From Patescibacteria group bacterium (GTDB taxonomy: Bacteria; Patescibacteriota; Patescibacteriia; PEXW01): a stretch of 64,000 bases of DNA. A program made the position numbers and the translations under genes. Positions 26,502-35,954 of the stretch are shown piece after piece (the first letter of the stretch is position 1; every line of letters starts with the position of its first letter). The notes under the pieces are model-generated. The model was given only the letters and a program-made list of their open reading frames with translations. It was not told the DNA's origin and ran no database searches. The DNA lies in NCBI GenBank assembly GCA_038065235.1, contig JBBTRK010000014.1:16629-80628 (forward strand), read 5' to 3'.

Positions 26502-29039
26502 TTATGCCTTCCGCTCCGCGACCATCGGTGGCGGGGCAGCTGCGCCGAGCTGGGAGCGTTCCAGGATTTCTTTTTCTACGGTTTCCCGCAGGACGCCGAA
26601 CTGTTTGCGTGAGAGGCTTACCAGGTGCTCAACGAGGCCAGGTGTCGCTGGGGCCAGTGGCAACGTCTTCATGGTGAATGGCTTCGACATGGTGTTGTCG
26701 ATGAGGAGCTTTACAATTGCGGTGTACTTCTCTACGTTAGTTACGTCGAAGGCACTGAAGGTGGGGGCGAACGTCTGGGCGAACGTCTCGGCATCTTCCA
26801 CACCCACGCGGAATGCCACGACTGTGCCGACGTTACCGAACACCGCGTCGCGAATTTTTGTATCTGCGCCCTGCACCAACTGCCCGACGTACTGGTGGGC
26901 AATGGTGAGGTTCAAACGGTACTTCCGCGCTTCAGAAAGGATGGTCGCGATGGAGTCGGTAATGAAATTCTGGAACTCGTCGATGTAGAGGAAAAAATCT
27001 CTGCGCTGCTCTTGGGGTAATGATGCTCGACGTAAGGCTGCCATCTGAAGCTTCGAAACAATAATGAGACCCAGGAGGTTGGCGTTCACCTCGCCAGTTG
27101 TACCTTTCGAGAGGTTCACCAGCAAAATCTTGCCTTCGTTCATAATGCGCTGGAAGTCGAAGCCGCTCTTCGATTGACCAATGACATTACGCATCATGGT
27201 GTTCTCCACAAACCGGCCGACCTTGCTAATGAGGTAGCCCAGCATTTCGGACTTATGGAAGTCGCTGGTCTTCGCCATCTCCTTTTCCCAAAACGCCCGC
27301 ACAATAGGGTCAGTCACTTTGGAGACCTTTACCTTCTGAAACACTGGGTCGGTGAACATCCGGGGGATTTCGACGATGGTACCCGGGTGCTCGGGATCGG
27401 ACATGAGCGTGAGCATGACGTTGCGCATGTTGTGCTCGAACATTGGGCCAATCATCTCGGGTGGGAAGAGTTTCATGAAAATAGAAATCATCTCCTGCAC
27501 TGCGAAGTCTTTATCCTCGGGGTTCTCGGCATCCAGCATGTTCAAACCAACCGGGGCCTGCATATCTGACGGATTGAAATGGATAACGTCCTTCAAGCGA
27601 TGGGCGGGTATCCGACCCATGATGTCGACGATGAGGTCTCCGTGCGGATCCACGACGCACACGCCATCACCGTTCGTAATGTCCTGCAAAGCCATCTGCG
27701 TCATGAGTACAGACTTGCCCACCCCAGACTTCCCAATGACGTACACGTGGCGGCGGCGGTCTTCCCGGGCCACACGGATTTTCGCCTCTTCGCCGCGGTA
27801 GTGGCTGGTGCCGAGCAGTACGCCAGTTTTTGGCAAATTGACAGGCGGAGGGGCATTGCGCGAAAGCACCCAACGAATGTTCGGAGTTTCTGTGGTGGCG
27901 AGCGGTAAGTGCCACAGGCTGGCAAGTTCTTCAATACTCAACGTGGCGTAACGAGGCCGAAGGGTGAAACGATTGCCATCGAACATTCGGTATATGAAAC
28001 TTCGAATGATTGTTTCGTTAGAGTGCCAAGCATTCTTCCAGAAACGATTCCCCGTTTCGGGGGAAGCGTACTGGCCGAAGGCAGAAATGATATTCTGTAA
28101 ACGTACGGAAGCAGATTGCTGGGTGGCACTACTGACGATAATGCGAATGTTCACGTCGAGCGCTGGCTTGGTGTTCTTCTCTTGCAGGCGTTGGATGAGT
28201 TCCTCTTGCACAGGACTGACAGGTTTGGGCATTTCCTCTTGCTGCACACTCTTCTTCGTACTGAAGAACATGCTCCAGAGCCCACCAATAATTTTCCCAA
28301 CTAAAGAAGGGTTCGCCTTCCCACCCGCACGGAGATTCCGAATGGATGCTGCGGCACGGGTATGCCAGCGGGGGTGCGAAGACCGGCACACGTACTGGAT
28401 AACCGCTGACTCATCAGGATTCAGTTTCGAGAGCGCATTGGTTAAACCCCCGAGCGGGTCAACATCCATGCGACGGTACGAGAGAATGGGGAAGAGCGAC
28501 CGTTGCCGAAGACTCAGTGCTGCGGCCGCGACGTGGGACGTGGGACGGAAAGGGTTATACTCGGGCGTGACGAGTATTTCGGCGTCAGCGTACTGGGCTT
28601 GAATCTGCTGCTCCATGAACTCTTTCATCGGCTTTGGAACCACAACGTAGAAGGTTATGAGCTCACGGTCGGCAACGATTTCTAAACTGAAGTGGTCGTT
28701 CCGCCCCCGGCCGAGCGTGTGGTACCAACGCTGCGCGCGCATGTTGCCTAGGAACGAGAAGAATGACTCCCCCACGCTAATCTGCTCCTGCATTTGCTGG
28801 ATGCGCGATGGTCCTTTCCCTGAATCCTCTTCTTGCTGCTCCTTTGGCAGCGTTACCATGAGGCAGACGAGTTTTTCGGTCGATGGTTTTGCGCTCCGTC
28901 GACGAATGATGAAGAAGATGACCAATCCGAGCCCAACCACTGCGCACGCAATACCAAACTGAACCCAAGGAAAAACCGTGGCATAGTCGTTCTCGAGGGT
29001 ACCGACCTGCGCCTGCGCCGCGTGGACGAACTGCAGCAT
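26502..29039 (-). CDS. Type IV coupling-protein-like ATPase (VirD4/TraG/TraD family) with N-terminal TM and a ~400-aa N-terminal extension
   Basis: 845 aa. Walker A HVYVIGKSGVGKS followed by the T4CP-typical VVDPHGDL (compare vLDPKGE). Walker B FLYIDEFQNF. N-terminal TM GIACAVVGLGLVIFFII. Confidence 0.65.
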   Translation of the reverse strand: MLQFVHAAQAQVGTLENDYATVFPWVQFGIACAVVGLGLVIFFIIRRRSAKPSTEKLVCLMVTLPKEQQEEDSGKGPSRIQQMQEQISVGESFFSFLGNMRAQRWYHTLGRGRNDHFSLEIVADRELITFYVVVPKPMKEFMEQQIQAQYADAEILVTPEYNPFRPTSHVAAAALSLRQRSLFPILSYRRMDVDPLGGLTNALSKLNPDESAVIQYVCRSSHPRWHTRAAASIRNLRAGGKANPSLVGKIIGGLWSMFFSTKKSVQQEEMPKPVSPVQEELIQRLQEKNTKPALDVNIRIIVSSATQQSASVRLQNIISAFGQYASPETGNRFWKNAWHSNETIIRSFIYRMFDGNRFTLRPRYATLSIEELASLWHLPLATTETPNIRWVLSRNAPPPVNLPKTGVLLGTSHYRGEEAKIRVAREDRRRHVYVIGKSGVGKSVLMTQMALQDITNGDGVCVVDPHGDLIVDIMGRIPAHRLKDVIHFNPSDMQAPVGLNMLDAENPEDKDFAVQEMISIFMKLFPPEMIGPMFEHNMRNVMLTLMSDPEHPGTIVEIPRMFTDPVFQKVKVSKVTDPIVRAFWEKEMAKTSDFHKSEMLGYLISKVGRFVENTMMRNVIGQSKSGFDFQRIMNEGKILLVNLSKGTTGEVNANLLGLIIVSKLQMAALRRASLPQEQRRDFFLYIDEFQNFITDSIATILSEARKYRLNLTIAHQYVGQLVQGADTKIRDAVFGNVGTVVAFRVGVEDAETFAQTFAPTFSAFDVTNVEKYTAIVKLLIDNTMSKPFTMKTLPLAPATPGLVEHLVSLSRKQFGVLRETVEKEILERSQLGAAAPPPMVAERKA

Positions 29040-29040
29040 A

Positions 29041-29559
29041 CTATTCTTCTCTAGCGACTAAACGGACGAGCTTTTGGGCTTTGATTTTTGCCTCTTGCTC
29101 CACGAAGAACTGGTTCACCCCGGGGAGCGTGCCGAGCCACTTCTTGAGCACGGCAATGACCGCATCGAGCTTCACCTTCACCTGTGCTAGAAGACCAGAT
29201 ACTTCTCGCGCGGCTATCTCCCCTGCCACCTTGAACTTCTGCTGCTCTGCCGGTGGCAAGGCGATGAAAATGTCATGGAGCCCTTCGGAAAGAACCGACT
29301 CAATCTGTTTCAGCTGTTGCTCTTCGGTGTTGATTGGCAAAGGCATGGTAGCCGGCGGGGTCTGGCTGGGGAACTCCTTCACCTGAGATGGAACCTCTTG
29401 GTGCGGCTCGAATCGGGAACCGTGCTGCTCCAAGGCCTCGCGAACCTTCTCGGGCCGCACTTCAGGTACACCGCTCTGCCCTTGCTCCACGAACGCAAAA
29501 ATGTCTTCCGGCTCTTTCTCCGGTAGGTTTTCGGGACGGGTTTGCGCTGGTGTAGACAT
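29041..29559 (-). CDS. Hypothetical acidic protein
   Basis: 172 aa. Pro/Glu-rich N-half and a helical C-half. 2 bp from the T4CP-like gene. Confidence 0.45.
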   Translation of the reverse strand: MSTPAQTRPENLPEKEPEDIFAFVEQGQSGVPEVRPEKVREALEQHGSRFEPHQEVPSQVKEFPSQTPPATMPLPINTEEQQLKQIESVLSEGLHDIFIALPPAEQQKFKVAGEIAAREVSGLLAQVKVKLDAVIAVLKKWLGTLPGVNQFFVEQEAKIKAQKLVRLVAREE

Positions 29560-29592
29560 ACGGGCAGTATAGCACTGACCCCGATTTCCACT

Positions 29593-29907
29593 CTACGGTT
29601 CCTGCGATGGTGGGGTTGCCGGTGGTTCTTGTAGTTTCAATTTCTCCTGCTTACGCTGCACCCACAGCGTATGGAAATACATGTACGTACCGGTTAGAGC
29701 CATGATGAAGAGCACAATACTGAAGTACGTACTCACTTGCCCGTGCAAGTACCGTACACGACCAGCGGATAACCACGCCGGCAGCCACTCGAACCAGCTC
29801 GGGTACCGCATGATGGAACCCGTACCCGACATAACCACGAACAACCCAAGGAAGATTAGCACGAGGTACCGGTGGATTCTTCGACTGAACGTGTAGAGAT
29901 TAATCAT
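29593..29907 (-). CDS. Small membrane protein (2 TM)
   Basis: Start set at MINLY (GGGAGG lies 9 nt upstream) rather than the longer ORF-track start. Two hydrophobic helices. Confidence 0.45.
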   Translation of the reverse strand: MINLYTFSRRIHRYLVLIFLGLFVVMSGTGSIMRYPSWFEWLPAWLSAGRVRYLHGQVSTYFSIVLFIMALTGTYMYFHTLWVQRKQEKLKLQEPPATPPSQEP

Positions 29908-30406
29908 CGTCTTCATCCTCCCGTTCCCCGCTTTGTGGAATAAGCGTACTAACATTGGCATTCACTTGGGTGATCGTATTCGCTGTCGTCGTACTGCCGA
30001 GTGTTCCCAAGCGGAGAGCAGCTAGGTCAGCGCTCGCGCTTGATGAATGCGTGCCATTACCACCGCGAGTTGCAAAAGCTGTGGTCGCGTCCTTCCCGCA
30101 ATACGGAATAATACGACTTGCGCCTCCCGGGTGTTTGGTGAGATACCCGGTCACGGCGTACACTCCCTTACTGACAATGATCCAGCAGTCACTTGCACTA
30201 CTGTGCCTCGCAACTGTTGCAACATCGAGATTAACCGAAGGAGAAGCTGAGGCAGAGGTATTCGTGAGCCCTGACGTAGTATTCGTCGTGGGGCTACTAA
30301 CGAAGGGAACTGAAATAACTAAACTATCGTACCGAGCCGAAAAAAACGCGACAATTCCAACAACGGCAACGAGACCGACAAGTCCAATGGTATTCTCTGT
30401 CTTCAT
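29900..30406 (-). CDS. Membrane-anchored cytochrome-b5-like heme/steroid-binding domain protein
   Basis: 168 aa. N-terminal TM. Cyt-b5 signature HSSASDCWIIVSKGVYAVTGYLTKHPGG...IIPYCGKDATTAF. Thr/Ser-rich linkers. Acidic tail. Confidence 0.6.
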   Translation of the reverse strand: MKTENTIGLVGLVAVVGIVAFFSARYDSLVISVPFVSSPTTNTTSGLTNTSASASPSVNLDVATVARHSSASDCWIIVSKGVYAVTGYLTKHPGGASRIIPYCGKDATTAFATRGGNGTHSSSASADLAALRLGTLGSTTTANTITQVNANVSTLIPQSGEREDEDDD

Positions 30407-30466
30407 AGGGGTAGCGCAAGAATAGCATCTGTGCGCGTTCTATTAGAGCCCTGTACCATATGGCTG

Positions 30467-31054
30467 CTACTCGCCGAGTGCTTGGGCAACTTTCCCAGCA
30501 ATCTTCAGGTCTGGTACAAGATCTTTGCCATTGGTATCCCAACTCACCGGGCAAGCATGGCCGGGGTTATTGCGCACATAGGTCAAGGCTCGGAGCTTCC
30601 GCACTATTTCGCTTGCCGAACGGCCAATGTTCTCGGCCACAACTTCTGCTGACTGGAGCAAACCTTCAGGATCGATAATGTACACACCCCGATCTGCAAT
30701 GCCACTGACTTCATTAAGAATACCAAGTGTTCGGGCAAGGAGCCCGGCGTGATCAGCAGCCAGTGGGTAACGCACATCTTTGAGTAAGGTCTCGGTTTCG
30801 ACCCATGCTTTATGGGTGTAGACCGTGTCTGTACTCACCGCCAGAACCTCTGCCCCAAGTGCCTGAATGTCGACGTAATTCCTGGCAAGGTCACGTAATT
30901 CAGTTGGACACACGTACGTGAAGTCCGCCGGGTAAAAAAACACTACAAGCCACTTCCCTTTGAATGCAGCGAGGTTTACATCCTTGCGGCTGCTATCGTG
31001 TGGATGGTACGTATCAAGATTGAAGTCTGGAAATGCTTGGCCAATTTTGGGCAT
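30467..31054 (-). CDS. Peroxiredoxin (AhpC/TSA family)
   Basis: 195 aa. Peroxidatic Cys motif FFYPADFTYVCPTEL. Resolving-Cys region NPGHACPVSWD. Confidence 0.9.
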   Translation of the reverse strand: MPKIGQAFPDFNLDTYHPHDSSRKDVNLAAFKGKWLVVFFYPADFTYVCPTELRDLARNYVDIQALGAEVLAVSTDTVYTHKAWVETETLLKDVRYPLAADHAGLLARTLGILNEVSGIADRGVYIIDPEGLLQSAEVVAENIGRSASEIVRKLRALTYVRNNPGHACPVSWDTNGKDLVPDLKIAGKVAQALGE

Positions 31055-31072
31055 AGGGATATTACTCAGGAC

Positions 31073-31891
31073 TTAAACTGGGCGAAGTGTGCCTGCGAAC
31101 ACCTGCCAGGCCAGCAGTGACTTCGCCACGAGGCTGAGGATAATATACGCTCGCTCACCGTAAAGGTAATCCTTCCACTTCCCAATCTTCTTGTACTGCA
31201 ACACCATATTGATTGCGAAGCAGTTGAAGAACAGGAAGATGGAAAAGAAAATCCAGTACACGAACGTCGGTGCGTGTCCGTTTGGCCCGCCCGAACCGAA
31301 GAGGTAGAACGCGACAATGAGCCAAGGGACGAAACCGGCAATACTCCCGAAAATGAATGACGTCCAATCAGTGCGCTTCGTCGTCTGGTTGTGCAACTCC
31401 ATCATCCAGCCAAAGAGCAACATCATCATGTTCAGGAAGAAAATGAGAAGGAGACTAGAGAGGTCGGCCATACCCGTGAGCATGACGACGATGACAATCA
31501 TGAGCGAACTGGAAAACGCGTACTCAATCCAGCGTGCCAAGTTCATGCCTTTCTTCAAATTGTTCTCGTACCATGCTCGCACCGTTGGGAGGCACGATAC
31601 CGCGAAGTGCGCAAAGGCAGAGAGAAAGAAAAAACCTGCAACGAGCGGCCCAATTTGAATATCTGCAATGGTCTTGAGTACGGGCACAAGCATGTTCCGA
31701 ATTGGATCCATCTGCACATACGCCGTAGTCACCGGCAAATTGAAGCTGCTGCTAGCAAAGAGCAACGCCACACCTTGCAAGAAGTGCAAACATGCCATAA
31801 CGATGTTGAACCGATAGAGCTTCTTCAACTTACGCTGCGTAGAGGTGATGGCGGGCATTTCGATAGACGTTGATGTTACTTTCATGAGCAC
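31073..31891 (-). CDS. Heliorhodopsin (7-TM retinal protein, inverted topology)
   Basis: 272 aa. Strong similarity to characterised heliorhodopsin segments: NLARWIEYAFSSSLMIVIVV...LLFGWMMELHNQ, GFVPWLIVAFYLFG, and TM7 ERAYIILSLVAKSLLAWQVFAGTLRP with the Schiff-base Lys in LVAKS. True start may be at Met12. Confidence 0.8.
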   Translation of the reverse strand: MLMKVTSTSIEMPAITSTQRKLKKLYRFNIVMACLHFLQGVALLFASSSFNLPVTTAYVQMDPIRNMLVPVLKTIADIQIGPLVAGFFFLSAFAHFAVSCLPTVRAWYENNLKKGMNLARWIEYAFSSSLMIVIVVMLTGMADLSSLLLIFFLNMMMLLFGWMMELHNQTTKRTDWTSFIFGSIAGFVPWLIVAFYLFGSGGPNGHAPTFVYWIFFSIFLFFNCFAINMVLQYKKIGKWKDYLYGERAYIILSLVAKSLLAWQVFAGTLRPV

Positions 31892-32026
31892 TAACAGTAT
31901 AGCTAAAACATCAAAGGTTTAAAATGTACTACCCCATTGACTGCCTTGTTACCCAGGTATAGGCTAGGCAACTCAACAGAAACCTTGTTCATTCCCAAAC
32001 ACCCAAATTGAAAGGAGGGTACAAAT

Positions 32027-32611
32027 ATGTACCGTCGGGTGACAATTGCCATACTCATGGCCATAGTGGCGCTCAGCTTAGTTGCTGGTTGCAACAAGCA
32101 GGAGATCGCAGATCTCAAAACCCAAATCGCTGACAAAGATAATATCCTCGTCAGCACGAATAGCGAGAATGCGATCTTGCGAGAAAACCTCGCTCGAGTA
32201 AATGCTGAGCGTGTGTCTGTCATGCAGGAACGGGATAGCTTGCAGAAAATTGTCCAAACACATGGTAGCGAGAATGCACAGCTGCGGACGACGCTCGGGC
32301 AAGTGAAAGCGCAAGCGACGCATGACTTGAAAGAGTTTGCCGATGCTACCGTAATCTTCCATGACCGCCAGGTGACCTGTGAAGCTACTGATGATTCACT
32401 CCGTCACGAACTGCTGAGATTGAGTGCAACAAACGATTCGTGCACAATATCATTGAATGCCTGTGACCAATTCTCGACAGACATTAATCAGTGGCGAGAG
32501 TACTACGAGCTAGAATCACACCGTAGTTGGTGGAAAAAATTCTGGGGTGCTGGCAAACACACGCCACCGCCATTCCCAGATCCGACACACGAGACATTTC
32601 TCTCAAGGTAA
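32027..32611 (+). CDS. Coiled-coil lipoprotein (hypothetical)
   Basis: 194 aa. Signal peptide with lipobox LVAGC. AAGGAGGG SD. Heptad-rich region. Confidence 0.55.
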   Translation: MYRRVTIAILMAIVALSLVAGCNKQEIADLKTQIADKDNILVSTNSENAILRENLARVNAERVSVMQERDSLQKIVQTHGSENAQLRTTLGQVKAQATHDLKEFADATVIFHDRQVTCEATDDSLRHELLRLSATNDSCTISLNACDQFSTDINQWREYYELESHRSWWKKFWGAGKHTPPPFPDPTHETFLSR

Positions 32612-32626
32612 TACACATTCGAAAAA

Positions 32627-32659
32627 AGCGGGGAATACTTTTCCCCGCTCTTATTTTTA
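32627..32659 (+). terminator. Rho-independent terminator after the lipoprotein gene
   Basis: AGCGGGGAA-tactt-TTCCCCGCT followed by CTTATTTTTAT. Confidence 0.55.
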
Positions 32660-32739
32660 TCCTTTAGACTTGATAGGAAAGTTCCGTTCTGCCACTATGT
32701 GCATTCGAAAACAAACAACATATAGATATTGGAGAAACA

Positions 32740-33003
32740 GTGAAAATACGAAACACATACATGGATCAGCACATTGGGGAGAATGGAACTCTCATTGCCA
32801 GGATTACCCACGATGACCCCGAGGCAATTGAAGAGTACGTGAAGGCCTTACGCATTCACGCGAAAACGCCCCACATCGACTGGTTCTACATCGTAAATAC
32901 TATTGCCGTAGTAAAGGCAATCGGCGATCTGCCCCAACTCCGTCTAAGAGCAAAAGAGGTATTCCCTCCCAACTGTTCCATTCCCCTGCACCTTGTGGTG
33001 TAG
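32740..33003 (+). CDS. Hypothetical small protein
   Basis: 87-aa ORF followed by a clean terminator. No motif recognised. Confidence 0.4.
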   Translation: MKIRNTYMDQHIGENGTLIARITHDDPEAIEEYVKALRIHAKTPHIDWFYIVNTIAVVKAIGDLPQLRLRAKEVFPPNCSIPLHLVV

Positions 33004-33029
33004 AAGAACGCTCGTCACGAACACTACGA

Positions 33030-33062
33030 ACATCCATTCGCACTGAATGGATGTTTCTTTTT
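33030..33062 (+). terminator. Rho-independent terminator
   Basis: ACATCCATT-cgcactg-AATGGATGT followed by TTCTTTTT. Confidence 0.55.
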
Positions 33063-33074
33063 GACGTGAAATCG

Positions 33075-33473
33075 CTATTCCGTAGTCTGCCCGTCAAAGT
33101 CAGCCTCGTTGGCAGCTGCTTCCGCTTTCGTCGTCCGGACAATCTGATCCTTATGGTGGGCTGGGCTGTAGAGCGTGTAAAGTTTCAACGGTTCGGTTGC
33201 CGAGGTGTTGATGACGTTGTGCTTTGCACCGGCAGGCACGATGACTGCTGACCCGTCCTGCACCATAGACTCATTACCATCGATAATGACTTTCCCCTGC
33301 CCGGCTTCGAAGCGGAAGAATTGGTCATTGTCTGGGTGCACCTCCATGCCAATCTCCTCGCTCGGCTGCAGACACATAAGCACCAGCTGCGTGTGCTTGG
33401 CGGTGTACAGCACCTTGCGAAAATTCGTATTCGCGATGGTTTCTTGCTCGATGTTCTGGTTGAATCCGTGCAT
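33075..33473 (-). CDS. Cupin-domain protein
   Basis: 132 aa. Two-His cupin motif region (GMEVHPDNDQFFRFEAGQGKVIIDG...VIVPAGAKHNVIN). Confidence 0.65.
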   Translation of the reverse strand: MHGFNQNIEQETIANTNFRKVLYTAKHTQLVLMCLQPSEEIGMEVHPDNDQFFRFEAGQGKVIIDGNESMVQDGSAVIVPAGAKHNVINTSATEPLKLYTLYSPAHHKDQIVRTTKAEAAANEADFDGQTTE

Positions 33474-33537
33474 AGTGAATTACTGATAAAGGTGAAACCT
33501 CTACCTATAAACTACCACGCTTTTGGGATAGCTAAAA

Positions 33538-33960
33538 CTACACGTTCTTCCGGTGTTTCCGCACCACCTTCAGGCGCGCCAGCTCTTTGGCCATGGCAGC
33601 CTGTGCATCGGCAAAACCAACATCGTCCGTCGCGCGCTCTTGCATGAGCTGCTGAGCCTTCTCTCGTGCTGCTTGGGCGCGCGTCTCGTCAATTTCGTGC
33701 GCGTGCTCGGCGGTGTCGGCCAGAATAACGACCCGGTTATCTCGGACTTCAATGAAGCCACCGGACACGGCCATGACCTGCTCTTCACCAGTAGTTGTCA
33801 CCGCATGGAGTTCACCTGGAGCGAGCAATGAGACGAGGGGGATGTGATCGGGCAGCAACCCAATTTCACCATCGACTGTGAAAACGTTGACGCTGCTGAC
33901 CTCGGATTCGAGGACAATGCGCTCTGGCGTGGTGATAGTGAGGTGGAGGGACTTGGGCAT
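33538..33960 (-). CDS. atpC: F-type ATP synthase epsilon subunit
   Basis: 140 aa. Beta-sandwich N-domain plus helical C-domain. Last gene of the atp operon. Confidence 0.9.
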   Translation of the reverse strand: MPKSLHLTITTPERIVLESEVSSVNVFTVDGEIGLLPDHIPLVSLLAPGELHAVTTTGEEQVMAVSGGFIEVRDNRVVILADTAEHAHEIDETRAQAAREKAQQLMQERATDDVGFADAQAAMAKELARLKVVRKHRKNV

Positions 33961-33966
33961 AGTCGT

Positions 33967-35343
<1,377 letters not shown>

Positions 35344-35444
35344 TTATTTATTCATCCAAGTGCAGGTCTCCGTGCCTGCGCGGACAGAGACACCCGCGCT
35401 TGGACAAATTGTAATGAATTATTGAAGAGATAGTATTTACTTTT

Positions 35445-35535
35445 GTCATCCTGAACCCCGAGTATGCCGAGGGGTGAAGGATCTTGCCTGCCGCTTTATT
35501 GGCCCGCAGGATCCTTCGCTGCTGCTCAGGATGAC
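35445..35535. repeat. 91-nt structured inverted-repeat element, copy 1 (GTCATCCTGA...TCAGGATGAC)
   Basis: Termini GTCATCCTGA/TCAGGATGAC plus an inner helix AAGGATCTTGC/GCAGGATCCTT. The first 48 nt are identical to copy 2 at 35849..35939. Confidence 0.6.
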
Positions 35536-35662
35536 ACGGGTTGAAGAGGTGGGTCAGGAGCGAAATTGTTTTCGCCCCTCACGTTTCCCTTCAGGGGGTT
35601 GACAGTTTATCCAAACTCATATCATACTTGGCTAACAAACACACGTTACTAGGAGAGTACAC

Positions 35663-35773
35663 ATGAACATTGTTCTGGTGATTCTTTGGGGGTTACTGGT
35701 CACTGGATGCTTGGTTTTGGCTTGGGTAATCATCCGCCCTGACAAACGCCGAACCAACGATGACCATCCGTAA
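35663..35773 (+). CDS. 36-aa hydrophobic peptide (single TM + charged tail), antisense to the atp operon; type-I-toxin-like architecture
   Basis: MNIVLVILWGLLVTGCLVLAWVIIRPDKRRTNDDHP. AGGAGAG SD 7 nt upstream. Followed by its own intrinsic terminator. Flanked by the two repeat copies. Confidence 0.4.
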   Translation: MNIVLVILWGLLVTGCLVLAWVIIRPDKRRTNDDHP

Positions 35774-35789
35774 ACTTGTAACTAGTTTA

Positions 35790-35826
35790 GAAGCGCTATG
35801 ACTACCTCGTGGCGCTTCTTTTTTTT
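35790..35826 (+). terminator. Rho-independent terminator after the 36-aa peptide gene
   Basis: GAAGCGC-N15-GCGCTTC followed by T8. Confidence 0.5.
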
Positions 35827-35848
35827 GGAAGGAACGGTTTTCTTTACT

Positions 35849-35939
35849 GTCATCCTGAACCCCGAGTATGCCGAGGGGTGAAGGATCTTGCCTGCCTGTT
35901 AACCGACCTGCAAGATTCTTCGCTGCTGCTCAGAATGAC
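35849..35939. repeat. 91-nt structured inverted-repeat element, copy 2
   Basis: Same termini (one G-to-A change). The inner helix is kept by different G-U/compensatory changes (GCAAGATTCTT versus GCAGGATCCTT). The 12-nt central loop differs from copy 1. Confidence 0.6.
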
Positions 35940-35954
35940 AAGAAAGAAAAAGAG

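Larger units (their letters stand above)
25515..26525. mobile_element. AT-rich ~1 kb insertion bounded by direct repeats (CCTTCCGCTCCGCGACCAT at 25515-25533 and 26507-26525) at the 3' end of the T4CP-like gene
   Basis: The 19-nt repeat is exact and extends to 24 nt with 2 mismatches. Each copy sits directly on a stop codon and encodes ...PMVAERK(A/G)* in the minus frame, so the native C-terminus of the 26502..29039 gene is duplicated. The interior is markedly AT-rich and carries a zeta-like kinase gene plus a small ORF. No integrase is present in the window. Confidence 0.45.
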
